Numbered from the stretch's first letter, positions 9,453 to 18,167 are shown. The stretch: 58,799 nt of DNA from an uncultured virus (IMG/VR IMGVR_UViG_3300021957_000006) (IMGVR_UViG_3300021957_000006); one strand, 5' to 3'. A program made the numbers and translations. The notes: generated from the letters alone by a model not told the origin.

Positions 9453-11140
9453 TGGCAGAATTAAAAGATGTAATAGAGCAACTTCAGGTTAACAATAAGA
9501 CCTCTATTGATACAAATAAAAATCTTAGCAAACTAGTAGATAAACTTACAGGTGGAGATTCGCTTGAGGATAGGCTAAAGAAGTCTAGAGGAAAGCAATC
9601 TAGCACTGGACTTGTGGATAATATTAATGAAAAGGGATTACTTAAAGGTACAGGTACATCTCTTCTATCAGGCATTACAGGTATATTTGCAGCTATAGGA
9701 GGATACGTTACTAAATTTATTAGCGTGTTTAAAAAGGTTGGAGGGTTTATTGCTACGTTTGGTAAACTTGCATCTAAACTTTTTCTTCCATTAACTCTTG
9801 CTATAGGAGCTATATCCGGTATTGTTGCAGGGTGGAAAGACTTTACAGAAGGTAACTATTGGGAAGGTACAGAGAAAACAATTACAGGGTTTTTTAATTC
9901 AATAGTAGGTATACCTCTGGATTTGATTAAGGATGGAATAAGCTGGCTCTTAAAGAAAATGGGGTTCAATGAAACCGCGGCTATACTAGATGACTTTAAA
10001 TTTACAGAAGAGTTTGCAAAGATTATATCCAGCTTGTTTGACGGAGTTAAAGAGTCAGTTAAAGTAGTTACAGATTTATTTAAATTTGAAGAAGAAGACA
10101 AGACAGCTTTAGGGTTATTAGGTAAACTTACAGATCTTGTATATGCTCCAGTTAATATGGCTATAGGGTTTGTAAGAGGTTTGTTTGGATTTGAAGAAAC
10201 AGACGAGCCATTTAAACTGCAAGATTGGATTAGTGATAAAGCTCTTGAAGGAATAGCTTGGGTTAAAGGACTATTTACTTGGGCAGGTGAAAATATAGCA
10301 ACTGGATGGACTAATCTAACAGATTACATATCAGGTGTTTGGGATGATATTAATACTTGGTTTACAGATAAATTCACCTGGGCTGGATATACGATTGCAA
10401 AGGGATGGACCAATCTAACAGATTATGTTGATATCAAATGGAAGTCTATCTTACGTTGGTTTACAGAAAAGTTTGAATGGGCAAAAGCTGACTTAGCAAA
10501 AGATTGGACTAACCTCACCACATTTGTTGGAGCAAAATGGCAGCAGGTAGTTGATTTTATTGATGAGAAGTTAGGTATTGATATTTCACAGCTACCTAAC
10601 CTTGACTTAAAGGCTACCCTTAAAAATACATATGAAAATGTAAAAAATAATTTTATGTCCTCTATGGAAGACCTTGCTATCTGGTTTACAACAATGCCTA
10701 AAAAAATTGGATTGGACCTTGAAGAAGAATGGGTTTATGCAGTAAAAAAACTTAAAACTGGTTTCGTTAGATTTGGCGAATGGATTGCTAGTTTGCCAGA
10801 TTCTGTCTTACTTGCAGCTTTAACAAAAGTCCAAGAGACAGCACCAAGAGTATCCTCATTTTTAGGAATAGATGAAAAAATAACAAACGCCAAAGATCGT
10901 CTTAAAAATAGATCGACTTTGTCAGCAGACTCTATTGAACGTATAGACACGTCTACTGCTAAGCGATTAGGTGAGATTAATAAAAAACGTGCAGATTTGG
11001 AAACATATGCACAATCGTTGATAGACGCAAAACAATATAATAATACTACTATGAATGGGTCTGTTGTATTACAACAAGACACTCCCACAGCTGATCCTCT
11101 CAACGGCGGGAGTGCTTATGATTTTATAGGGGCTAGATAA
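9452..11140 (+). CDS. Tape measure / baseplate hub protein (gp29-like)
   Basis: 562 aa, helical, Gly/Ala-rich amphipathic segment and Trp/Phe repeats at 11-residue spacing; follows gp26/gp51. Confidence 0.6.
   Translation: MAELKDVIEQLQVNNKTSIDTNKNLSKLVDKLTGGDSLEDRLKKSRGKQSSTGLVDNINEKGLLKGTGTSLLSGITGIFAAIGGYVTKFISVFKKVGGFIATFGKLASKLFLPLTLAIGAISGIVAGWKDFTEGNYWEGTEKTITGFFNSIVGIPLDLIKDGISWLLKKMGFNETAAILDDFKFTEEFAKIISSLFDGVKESVKVVTDLFKFEEEDKTALGLLGKLTDLVYAPVNMAIGFVRGLFGFEETDEPFKLQDWISDKALEGIAWVKGLFTWAGENIATGWTNLTDYISGVWDDINTWFTDKFTWAGYTIAKGWTNLTDYVDIKWKSILRWFTEKFEWAKADLAKDWTNLTTFVGAKWQQVVDFIDEKLGIDISQLPNLDLKATLKNTYENVKNNFMSSMEDLAIWFTTMPKKIGLDLEEEWVYAVKKLKTGFVRFGEWIASLPDSVLLAALTKVQETAPRVSSFLGIDEKITNAKDRLKNRSTLSADSIERIDTSTAKRLGEINKKRADLETYAQSLIDAKQYNNTTMNGSVVLQQDTPTADPLNGGSAYDFIGAR
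10306..10540 (+). repeat. Three 99-nt (33-aa) degenerate tandem repeats inside the tape measure gene
   Basis: WTNLTDY, WTNLTDY and WTNLTTF spaced exactly 33 aa apart. Confidence 0.8.
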
Positions 11141-12067
11141 TTAGTCGTCAGCTGCTAGCTTAGCAAAGTACGACATAGTATCATCCTCATCCAGATTAGT
11201 ATTCTCTGCTGTAGAGATCTCTGGTTGAGGAGCACCTGTAGGTTGCACAGGAGCGGCCGCAGCAGGAGCTGTATAAGCTTGCGAAGTATCAAGAGATACT
11301 TGCTCACGAACAGTACGAGGAGCACTCTCACCTAGAACCATAGCAAGACGAGACTTAAGCTCATCATACGTTTTATAGTTCTTAGGATCAGTCCACTCAG
11401 ACATATCATGCTGCTTATTATAGATAGCCTCTAAGTCGTCATCACTACCAGCAATTGCTGATGGAGACTTAAACGCAGAAGCATCGTAGTTAGGATAGCC
11501 TTCTACCTTACGAATCTTAACCGTAAAGTCAGCACCATTCCACATATCAAATGGATTAACAGGAGCCTCGTCAGGAAACTGAGGCTGCATAGAGTCCATA
11601 ATCTTATCAAAGATCTTTTTACCAAAGCGATACATCTTTACTTGACCTTCGTTCTCTGGATTAGATGGATCTGAGATAATTAGTACGTTAGCAATATAGC
11701 GAAGATTACGCTTACGCTCACGCACGATACGTTTAGCTTCTTCAGAACCATCTTCGTTCCAAAGCTTGCTATTGCTTTCTGATAAAGGATCAGCTTGACC
11801 AATAGAAGTAAGAGACTTCTCTACGTACCATTGACCGGTTGGTCCTTTAAAGAAATGATCCCAATAACGTACCCACGGAGTAGGTGCTTCAGCATCACCA
11901 GGTAGAAAGCGAATAACAGCATAGCCATTACCAGCTTTATCTCTAGTAGGTTGCCAGAAGCGTTCGTCGTTACGATTATCGGTTTTAGTTTCACCGGGAC
12001 CACTAGAAGCAGCTTCTACGAGTTTAGATAGGTCCGTACGGTTAGATTTAAGTGCTGCAAAGCTCAT
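11141..12067 (-). CDS. gp32: Single-stranded DNA-binding protein gp32
   Basis: DERFW.P..DKAGNGYAVIRFLP, GPTGQWY.E.SL, FGKKIFDKI, NPFD.W.GADF..KIRKVEGY.NYD, C-terminal SYFAKLA. Confidence 0.97.
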   Translation of the reverse strand: MSFAALKSNRTDLSKLVEAASSGPGETKTDNRNDERFWQPTRDKAGNGYAVIRFLPGDAEAPTPWVRYWDHFFKGPTGQWYVEKSLTSIGQADPLSESNSKLWNEDGSEEAKRIVRERKRNLRYIANVLIISDPSNPENEGQVKMYRFGKKIFDKIMDSMQPQFPDEAPVNPFDMWNGADFTVKIRKVEGYPNYDASAFKSPSAIAGSDDDLEAIYNKQHDMSEWTDPKNYKTYDELKSRLAMVLGESAPRTVREQVSLDTSQAYTAPAAAAPVQPTGAPQPEISTAENTNLDEDDTMSYFAKLAADD

Positions 12068-12124
12068 ATATATTTTCCTTGTATGTTATAGTATGTTATG
12101 TGTATAAGTTTTATCCACTTGATC

Positions 12125-12153
12125 ATTATATAGACTTATTTATAGTTAGTCAA
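12125..12153 (-). promoter_or_regulatory. Dual gp32 promoter: sigma70-type TTGACT-N17-TATAAT with a late TATAAATA (12137-12144) inside the spacer
   Basis: Read directly on the minus strand: TTGACT AACTATAAATAAGTCTA TATAAT. Confidence 0.75.
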
Positions 12154-12376
12154 CTGGCAATGTATTACCTTTAGGTAAATAATTGAGGTTCATTGCCTCT
12201 ACCTCAATCTTCTCTTTGATGCTGCCTGAGACATACTTGCGTATGTCTTCCAGGTCTAGCTCAATATCTTCACAGATGTGAATAATAGCATCCATATAAC
12301 TATACCGATGCTCTCTTACTTTTCCTTCCACTAGTTTTGCGAATTTGTTTTTTGTTAGAAACTGTTCTTTTGCCAT
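12146..12376 (-). CDS. gp33: Late-promoter transcription coactivator gp33
   Basis: F...VE..V......YMDAI...CE....D.E......S..IKEKIE.EA..LN.L; next to gp32. Confidence 0.9.
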   Translation of the reverse strand: MAKEQFLTKNKFAKLVEGKVREHRYSYMDAIIHICEDIELDLEDIRKYVSGSIKEKIEVEAMNLNYLPKGNTLPVD

Positions 12377-12836
12377 TTACCTCATCTGCCATTTCTTGCG
12401 TATAGACACCAATATCAGGATACTGAACCCCGACAGTTCTCTTAGGAGTGCCATCTTTGTTATAAGCCATAGTAGTACATCTGTATTTGATCTTAAACTG
12501 GCGCTCATCACCATAAAACAGATCACGATAAACTCCATCGCGCAGATAAGCCTGAAGATTATGTAAGTAACCTTCTTCGCAGAGAAAGGCCGCTTTCTGA
12601 CCTTTCTCTTTAGAGTTCTTCCAACCTCTCATACCAGAGAGTTTATCTTTAGAATTCTTAATCCACTGTCTGATATTTTTCGGAGAAAACATATCGTCAT
12701 CAGGTAGATTGCGAATAGACTCATGAATAGATAACTGAGCTGCAGGCTTCTTAGCAGCACGAGCTTTAGTAATTCTATCAACTAGAACTTTCTTCTGCTC
12801 TTCAGTTAGTTTACGCTTTTTACGAATCTTCTTCAT
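12300..12836 (-). CDS. Conserved hypothetical basic phage protein
   Basis: 178-aa ORF, GAGGAG SD, behind an early promoter. Confidence 0.65.
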   Translation of the reverse strand: MKKIRKKRKLTEEQKKVLVDRITKARAAKKPAAQLSIHESIRNLPDDDMFSPKNIRQWIKNSKDKLSGMRGWKNSKEKGQKAAFLCEEGYLHNLQAYLRDGVYRDLFYGDERQFKIKYRCTTMAYNKDGTPKRTVGVQYPDIGVYTQEMADEVNGKRTVSNKKQIRKTSGRKSKRASV

Positions 12837-12862
12837 ATCACACTCCTCATCATATATAAGTT

Positions 12863-12891
12863 ATTATAGGAACTTTTTACAATAAGTGCAA
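12863..12891 (-). promoter_or_regulatory. Early sigma70-type promoter TTGCAC-N17-TATAAT
   Basis: Member of the repeated AGTTGCACTT family. Confidence 0.8.
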
Positions 12892-12894
12892 CTG

Positions 12895-13098
12895 TTAAAT
12901 TTCTTTATCGTATTCATAGATTTCATATTCACCGTCAACCATCTTAGCTCTTACCATTCTTTGTTTGATAAGTGCTAAAATAGTTTGTTCGATGACCTCT
13001 TCAGTTTCATGTCTAGACCAGCTACGACCTATCATAAAAGCAGAAAGAGCAATTCCTCCTAAGAGGAGCCACTGTATAAGCGTCATAGATGTAAACAT
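12895..13098 (-). CDS. Small membrane-anchored hypothetical protein
   Basis: N-terminal hydrophobic helix; AGGAG SD. Confidence 0.6.
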   Translation of the reverse strand: MFTSMTLIQWLLLGGIALSAFMIGRSWSRHETEEVIEQTILALIKQRMVRAKMVDGEYEIYEYDKEI

Positions 13099-13122
13099 TT
13101 ATACTCCTTAAACATCTATTTA

Positions 13123-13383
13123 TCAGGTAAAAGAGACAACGTTCTCTACACGAAATGAGCGATAAGCTCCTTTCATAGTATCAAAAGCAACGATTACCTC
13201 TTCATTCACAGCACGAACTTTCTTCTGAGAGATAGGATCATCTTTCTTAGCATCAGGAAGAACATCTTCAATAAGAGTACATTGCATATCGCGCTCTTCA
13301 CCATTTACTTTTTTAAAGATCACTCGGCAAACACGTTGCTTGAGCTCACTGATCATATATTCACGAGTACACGAATCATTCAT
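13123..13383 (-). CDS. Conserved phage SH3/WYL-like protein
   Basis: V.FKKVNGEER.M.CTL...V.AFD.....YRSFR.ENV pattern. Confidence 0.65.
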   Translation of the reverse strand: MNDSCTREYMISELKQRVCRVIFKKVNGEERDMQCTLIEDVLPDAKKDDPISQKKVRAVNEEVIVAFDTMKGAYRSFRVENVVSFT

Positions 13384-13574
13384 TTATATGGGTCCTTTAC
13401 TTTATAGGTTACATCAGGGTTTTTATTTTGATTCTTTTTCAATTCTTTTACGCCAAGAGTGTGCATAAAGGTAGGATCGGCCATCAGTATATCGATGACC
13501 TTCTCCCATTCCTGTACCTTACCTTCGAGGTATTGTACTCTACGATCAATAAATGATATTTGATAATCACTCAT
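13380..13574 (-). CDS. Hypothetical protein
   Basis: ATGA-coupled ORF in the early gene string. Confidence 0.55.
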   Translation of the reverse strand: MSDYQISFIDRRVQYLEGKVQEWEKVIDILMADPTFMHTLGVKELKKNQNKNPDVTYKVKDPYK

Positions 13575-13750
13575 CGCATCACCAGAGGTTTTGTATTTTG
13601 ATTATCATGGTAATCACCTGATTGATAATAATCACGAGATGCTTCTTCTTTAATCATTATACCATTACGCATACGATAAGTTACAATCTCACGGCGAATA
13701 ACCCCATCGATATCAGCCTTAAAGGCTGCTTTAAAAGGTCCTTCACTCAT
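13571..13750 (-). CDS. Hypothetical protein, 59 aa (not in the ORF track)
   Basis: MSEGPFKAAFKADIDGVIRREIVTYRMRNG...PLVMR*; start and stop overlap both neighbours. Confidence 0.65.
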   Translation of the reverse strand: MSEGPFKAAFKADIDGVIRREIVTYRMRNGIMIKEEASRDYYQSGDYHDNQNTKPLVMR

Positions 13751-14028
13751 TAGTAATCACCCCAATCGTTATCCAAGCCAGTAGTAGCTCGAAAGGTTTC
13801 ACCATAGTACTGCTCAGCGTACTTAGAAGCATCTGACCAATGCATCTCTTCTTTACGAAGCATAGATTTATCTTCACGCTTAACTTTAGCTTGACGCGCC
13901 TGCTTCTTCATAAAGTTATCTTGCTTACGCTTTTCAGCTTTACGAAACTTAGTTACTTCTTTTTTAAGCTCTTCCATAAATTGGTCCATTGTAAAATTAC
14001 CTGCTTGTTTTTTCATACCATCCTCCAT
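13750..14028 (-). CDS. Hypothetical protein
   Basis: Tightly packed minus-strand ORF. Confidence 0.6.
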   Translation of the reverse strand: MEDGMKKQAGNFTMDQFMEELKKEVTKFRKAEKRKQDNFMKKQARQAKVKREDKSMLRKEEMHWSDASKYAEQYYGETFRATTGLDNDWGDY

Positions 14029-14203
14029 CTTTCAACATTTGCTTAAAAGAGATAAGCTCTTCAGCGTTCATAGTAACTTCAGCTCGCTTCAATCCGTTAG
14101 CGAACTCTCGTAGAGTATATACTCCTAATCCATTAAAGGCAACTGAATAATGCTTAGAGTCACCAAATTTTTCATTACGATATATCAACCCCAATCCTTC
14201 CAA
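13997..14203 (-). CDS. Hypothetical protein
   Basis: Tightly packed minus-strand ORF. Confidence 0.55.
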   Translation of the reverse strand: MEGLGLIYRNEKFGDSKHYSVAFNGLGVYTLREFANGLKRAEVTMNAEELISFKQMLKDGGWYEKTSR

Positions 14204-14451
14204 TCCATGTTAATAGTTTCATTATACTCATATCCAGCAAAATACTCAAGCAATTCTCGCTTGGTCATCTCACTTTTTTCTATGCGATGAGAAGTAATCG
14301 AATCACCAACATAATAATGAGGCTGTTCGCCACGACCATAATAACTGTCAGCCGATCCACGATCGAACGGACCTCCATGGCGGACTGTTTCAGACTTTGC
14401 AAATGTGACATCAAGATCGACTCCTTTATAGTTAAAAATTTCTTTTGACAT
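14185..14451 (-). CDS. Conserved hypothetical phage protein (HGGPFDRGSADSYYGR motif)
   Basis: Motif recurrent in small early proteins of large phages. Confidence 0.65.
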   Translation of the reverse strand: MSKEIFNYKGVDLDVTFAKSETVRHGGPFDRGSADSYYGRGEQPHYYVGDSITSHRIEKSEMTKRELLEYFAGYEYNETINMDWKDWG

Positions 14452-14798
14452 TACGCTACCTCCTTGAATCCAAAGTTAGCTACAACGTGACGATTACCAT
14501 CTTCGTCTTCGATAAGATCGCCAACCGATACAGAAGCCATACGACCCAGACGAGTAATCTGAGACTCAGGACCAATGTTACCAATCTCAAATACTTGATC
14601 TAAACAAGTAGCTTCGATTTTAGCTACACCAGTATAAAGATTTTCATATAGAGCTTTCTCTACCAGACCGATCATTTTCTCGCCACGGAAGTCCATAGCC
14701 ATATCATCACGAATCTCACGCTTCATGCTTTTAGTACCAGCATTGATTCCGTCGATCTCTGCTTCGGTGTAGCGGATTTGATAAACTGTATATTTCAT
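14451..14798 (-). CDS. YodL-like domain protein
   Basis: YTVYQI...Y..VA......LDQVF...N....SVSVGD.I.......V...GFKEV; AAGGAG SD. Confidence 0.6.
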   Translation of the reverse strand: MKYTVYQIRYTEAEIDGINAGTKSMKREIRDDMAMDFRGEKMIGLVEKALYENLYTGVAKIEATCLDQVFEIGNIGPESQITRLGRMASVSVGDLIEDEDGNRHVVANFGFKEVA

Positions 14799-14821
14799 TT
14801 CTTATCTCCTTAATATACCTT

Positions 14822-14850
14822 ATTATCGGAACTTTTTGTACTAAGTGCAA
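14822..14850 (-). promoter_or_regulatory. Early promoter TTGCAC-N17-GATAAT
   Basis: Member of the repeated promoter family. Confidence 0.75.
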
Positions 14851-14899
14851 CTAAAAAAGGGCTCAAACGCAAAAAAGATTTTCAATGATATCAATAAGT

Positions 14900-14907
14900 T
14901 ATAAATA
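14900..14907 (+). promoter_or_regulatory. Late promoter TATAAATA
   Basis: Exact match 19 nt before the ATG at 14927. Confidence 0.7.
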
Positions 14908-14926
14908 AAATGAAAAGAGGTTCAAA

Positions 14927-15166
14927 ATGAGTGACATGTTTGATTTCGGTTTTACAGCGGTAGATGAGCATGAGCTTGATGCTGTTAAAGAAGTATCCCA
15001 GACAGCTACTTCAACGGAAGAGCGACTAAATAATCTATACAATGCTATTGTACCTCTCTTAAATAATCTAAAGAAGAATCCAGAGAAGGATTATATTCTT
15101 TGGCCGAATAGGTTAGCTAAGGTAGAAGAGTTTGAAGATCATCTGCAGAAGATTTACAACGGATGA
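14927..15166 (+). CDS. Conserved late hypothetical protein
   Basis: FDFGFTAVDE..L...PLL.NLKKNPEKDYI.WPNR; late promoter and GAGG SD. Confidence 0.75.
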   Translation: MSDMFDFGFTAVDEHELDAVKEVSQTATSTEERLNNLYNAIVPLLNNLKKNPEKDYILWPNRLAKVEEFEDHLQKIYNG

Positions 15167-15729
15167 AGCTTTTTATCTGAGCCATACTTAGCAAAACTCC
15201 ATCCACAATCTTTCATTAGTCCAATACCACAACGCTTTGCAATCATAGCACGTTGTCTTTGACCGGCCTCTCCATCTACATATCCAAGATTATTATATTT
15301 AAACCCTTGAGGCTTTGCAACTGCCATAATATTTTCCTTTGGAGTAGGGCCTCCATATCCAGAGGTTAAAAACTCTTTTAAGAACGGCATAAACTTCTGA
15401 ATAATATAAACTCTGTCTTTCATAGATAGTTGCAGCTGATGTACTTCACTCTCATAGCGCCAGCTTACTTCTACTAACTCTATATCCCCTTCAGCTCTTT
15501 CTTCCCATCTCATTTCTTCATAAACAGACGAAAGCTCTTCAGCTGTAGTTTTATCATCGTTAATTAAAGAGAAGATAAAGTCTTCTTTTTTCTTATAAGC
15601 AAAATATCTTGCAATAAGATTTATCTCTCCAATCTCTAAAGGAATGACAATCTCGTGATCATACCCTGTAGGTTGTTGGAAATGGTCAACCCAATCCAGT
15701 ATAAATTGATTCTTATTAAACATTATCAC
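15154..15729 (-). CDS. Hypothetical protein
   Basis: 191-aa ORF, GAGGTG SD before the ATG at 15723. Confidence 0.6.
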   Translation of the reverse strand: MIMFNKNQFILDWVDHFQQPTGYDHEIVIPLEIGEINLIARYFAYKKKEDFIFSLINDDKTTAEELSSVYEEMRWEERAEGDIELVEVSWRYESEVHQLQLSMKDRVYIIQKFMPFLKEFLTSGYGGPTPKENIMAVAKPQGFKYNNLGYVDGEAGQRQRAMIAKRCGIGLMKDCGWSFAKYGSDKKLHPL

Positions 15730-15742
15730 CTCATTAAAATAT

Positions 15743-15772
15743 AAAAGGGGGGCTTACTGCAGAGCCCCCCTT
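15743..15772 (-). terminator. Intrinsic terminator
   Basis: GGGGGGCT-loop-AGCCCCCC followed by TTTTATATTTT. Confidence 0.75.
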
Positions 15773-15915
15773 CGCATCTGCATTTAACGTATGCAGAAAC
15801 CGACTGGGTTTTCTTCTACGGTACCAGTTCTTTTACCGACCTAAGTTAGAGGGCCACTTCCATACTTAGGGTTTATCGGGTACGTTTGACGACGTTGTCG
15901 AGCTTTCCCCTTCGC
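15743..15915 (-). ncRNA. Candidate structured RNA (three hairpins plus a terminator)
   Basis: Stems CCTAAGT/ACTTAGG (+CCGA/TCGG), ACTGG/CCAGT and TCTGCAT/ATGCAGA in a GC-richer intergenic stretch. Confidence 0.4.
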
Positions 15916-16168
15916 TCATCTCGTTAAGAATATCCACCTGCCGAATAAGCAAGTCAATCTTCTCATGATGGTTATCATGATCTACTCTTGTACGTGCATG
16001 TAAGGCTGCATGAGCTCCTTGCAATACCAAGAGATCTGTTTCTAAAATCTCTACATCAGTATCAACCCTAGCGATATATGCTTGCAATACTTTATTATGT
16101 TCATCGACTTTTTTAATCTCTTCGCCCATCGCGAACATAGATAAAAGCCATATTATAGCAACTTCCAT
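15866..16168 (-). CDS. Hypothetical protein, N-terminal hydrophobic segment plus coiled coil
   Basis: AAGGA SD; directly downstream of the tRNA. Confidence 0.55.
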   Translation of the reverse strand: MEVAIIWLLSMFAMGEEIKKVDEHNKVLQAYIARVDTDVEILETDLLVLQGAHAALHARTRVDHDNHHEKIDLLIRQVDILNEMSEGESSTTSSNVPDKP

Positions 16169-16183
16169 TTGTTTTCCTTTTAT

Positions 16184-16260
16184 TGGCGAACACGGAAGGA
16201 TTCGAACCCTCGGCCTAGTGCTTAGAAGGCACTTGCTCTATCCAGCTGAGCTACGTGTCC
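16184..16260 (-). tRNA. tRNA-Arg(UCU), CCA encoded
   Basis: GGACACGTAGCTCAGCTGGATAGAGCAAGTGCC-TTCTAA-GCACTAGGCCGAGGGTTCGAATCCTTCCGTGTTCGCCA; full cloverleaf, anticodon TCT. Confidence 0.95.
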
Positions 16261-16262
16261 AA

Positions 16263-16544
16263 TTAAACTCCAAAACTCTCTCCACATCCGCATGATGATG
16301 AAGCGTTTGGATTTATCACTGTCAAAAACGAACCACCTAATTCTTCTACATAGTCTATAGTACATCCAAACACAAACATCTCTGCCATTGGATCTAACCA
16401 TAAATTTTCTATTGTGGGGTCCTTATCTGTTAATCCCCACTCGTATTGAAACCCAGCGCATCCTCCTCCTTTTACAGTAAGAGATACATTCGGATCACCA
16501 ATTCGTTTTAAATACTCTTTAGCTTTTTCAGTTAGCTCTATCAA
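16263..16544 (-). CDS. iscA: A-type Fe-S cluster carrier (IscA/HesB family)
   Basis: GGGCAGFQY, IDYVEELGGS and NPNA.SSCGCGESF motifs. Confidence 0.92.
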   Translation of the reverse strand: MIELTEKAKEYLKRIGDPNVSLTVKGGGCAGFQYEWGLTDKDPTIENLWLDPMAEMFVFGCTIDYVEELGGSFLTVINPNASSSCGCGESFGV

Positions 16545-16752
16545 CGAAGTATTTCTCCATCATTTCCTTTAGGTCATGATATTTAGCTACTTCTTCTAAT
16601 TCAGTTTCAATAGCTTCCATAATATCAGGGTGTTCACCAACACCTACAGGATTATGTAAATACACTTCTACATTAGCAATATGCTTATCAATATGCCCTT
16701 GAGCATGAGATAAAAAAGCATCAATTAAAATACCTCTCATATTTTTCCTCAT
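16528..16752 (-). CDS. Conserved hypothetical phage protein
   Basis: H.ANVEVYL.NPVGVGEHPDI.EAIE.EL motif. Confidence 0.75.
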   Translation of the reverse strand: MRKNMRGILIDAFLSHAQGHIDKHIANVEVYLHNPVGVGEHPDIMEAIETELEEVAKYHDLKEMMEKYFVDRAN

Positions 16753-17189
16753 TTCTGAAACGGTACAACATACCGCTTTCCATTTAAATAAAACCTAATA
16801 GTAGAATGACTATACACTTCTACATTAGAATTCTGATAGACTGTAACATCACTACACTGACGTTGAATTTCGTATCCAGTTACCTTAGGTCCTTTAGCTG
16901 ATTCATTTGCAACTATAGCTCCCCCAAGCGCTCCAATTGCAGCACCGCTATCTTTACCAGACGCTGTGCCTCCAATAAGACCACCTAATATAGCACCTAA
17001 CAAAACATCACCACCAGAAGCATTGCCTCCTTGTTGATAGATAGGTACTTTAACATCTTGGCAACGCGTTTCTGATATAGGCACCGATTGAGTAACAATC
17101 TTAGTATGATCAAAAACCTTTACTTTTGATACATCAGCTGATGCTGTACTTGCTGCAAAGATAGCAGCGGTTGCAATTAAATATTTCAT
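16749..17189 (-). CDS. Exported glycine-zipper 2TM protein
   Basis: Signal peptide; GAILGGLIGG...GAAIGALGGAIVAN zipper; flanking Cys pair. Confidence 0.75.
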   Translation of the reverse strand: MKYLIATAAIFAASTASADVSKVKVFDHTKIVTQSVPISETRCQDVKVPIYQQGGNASGGDVLLGAILGGLIGGTASGKDSGAAIGALGGAIVANESAKGPKVTGYEIQRQCSDVTVYQNSNVEVYSHSTIRFYLNGKRYVVPFQK

Positions 17190-17425
17190 CGGATAATCTC
17201 CATCCCTGTAAATCCTTCTTGAGTCCAGCCACGAGCATCAGCATGCGCGCCTATGATATTATCATAATGCATATGAGGCCACAAACCTTCTTTCATAGCA
17301 TATGCTTTCATATCAGACTGTACCATACAAGACTGCTCGCCTTGAGCCGGTAAAGCTTCAAGGCGATTAATTTCTTCTTCAGCAATATCAAAGCCGTTAC
17401 GGGTTTCTTGAATCCAAGGTTCCAT
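17186..17425 (-). CDS. Hypothetical protein
   Basis: Coupled ORF. Confidence 0.6.
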   Translation of the reverse strand: MEPWIQETRNGFDIAEEEINRLEALPAQGEQSCMVQSDMKAYAMKEGLWPHMHYDNIIGAHADARGWTQEGFTGMEIIR

Positions 17426-17625
17426 TATGCAGCCCTCTTAGCAGCTAAAAATTGATCAGCCATATCGTTAAAGAATGAATCGAAGTTTTCACCTAAAACT
17501 TCCATCCATCCATCTAAAGCCAAATCTGACTCAACATAGTTCCATATAACGGTTCCATCTTCAGTCTGGTTAACATAGTTATTAACGGCTTTATCAAATG
17601 CAACTACGAAGCTTGAATCTCTCAT
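17425..17625 (-). CDS. Hypothetical acidic early protein (start moved to 17625)
   Basis: AAGGAGAG SD precedes the ATG at 17625. Confidence 0.6.
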   Translation of the reverse strand: MRDSSFVVAFDKAVNNYVNQTEDGTVIWNYVESDLALDGWMEVLGENFDSFFNDMADQFLAAKRAA

Positions 17626-17649
17626 ATCATCTCTCCTTATCATACATTT

Positions 17650-17678
17650 AATATATACCCAAATGAAACAAAGTGCAA
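17650..17678 (-). promoter_or_regulatory. Early promoter TTGCAC-N17-TATATT
   Basis: Promoter family member with upstream A-tract. Confidence 0.7.
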
Positions 17679-17707
17679 CTGTTTTTTTCAGTTTAACGTA
17701 ACTTTTT

Positions 17708-17989
17708 TTACACTTCTATATCGATATATTGACCTTGTGTCTCTCCAGGACTGATAGTTGTACCATCTTTATCATATCTAATAGCTGCTTGATCTCTCAA
17801 TTGTTGTATCTCTTTAGCGCGCTCTTCAACCCGTCTAGTTTGATCTAACTTTAAATCTGTGCGAGTAGCAGCTTCAACTACACGTATACGTTCTTTCTCT
17901 TGCGGCGGTTTAATATGCTCACTGTTAGGGTATACATTAGGGTGACCATACTGCTGGGCTTGTAATGCTTGAGACATTTCTACTTTCAT
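17708..17989 (-). CDS. Hypothetical late protein
   Basis: TATAAATA at 18009-18016 (minus) and AGGAG SD. Confidence 0.65.
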   Translation of the reverse strand: MKVEMSQALQAQQYGHPNVYPNSEHIKPPQEKERIRVVEAATRTDLKLDQTRRVEERAKEIQQLRDQAAIRYDKDGTTISPGETQGQYIDIEV

Positions 17990-18167
17990 AAGAGCTCCTA
18001 TTTACTCTTATTTATAACCTCAACCATGCTCAAAGCGAGCCCAAGAGTCTTGACGTCGACTTCGGTAATCCCTTTCCAATCGTTGTCTAGAATTCGTTTC
18101 GCTACTTCTGCCACTGTCACGTTTAGTCCATCCTGTTAAATTATCAGTTGTTACATCATCGCAAGGA

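Noticed and set aside
17626..17643. Leaderless starts at 17643 and 54694
   Set aside because: Strong AAGGAG SDs point to downstream ATGs (17625 and 54658)
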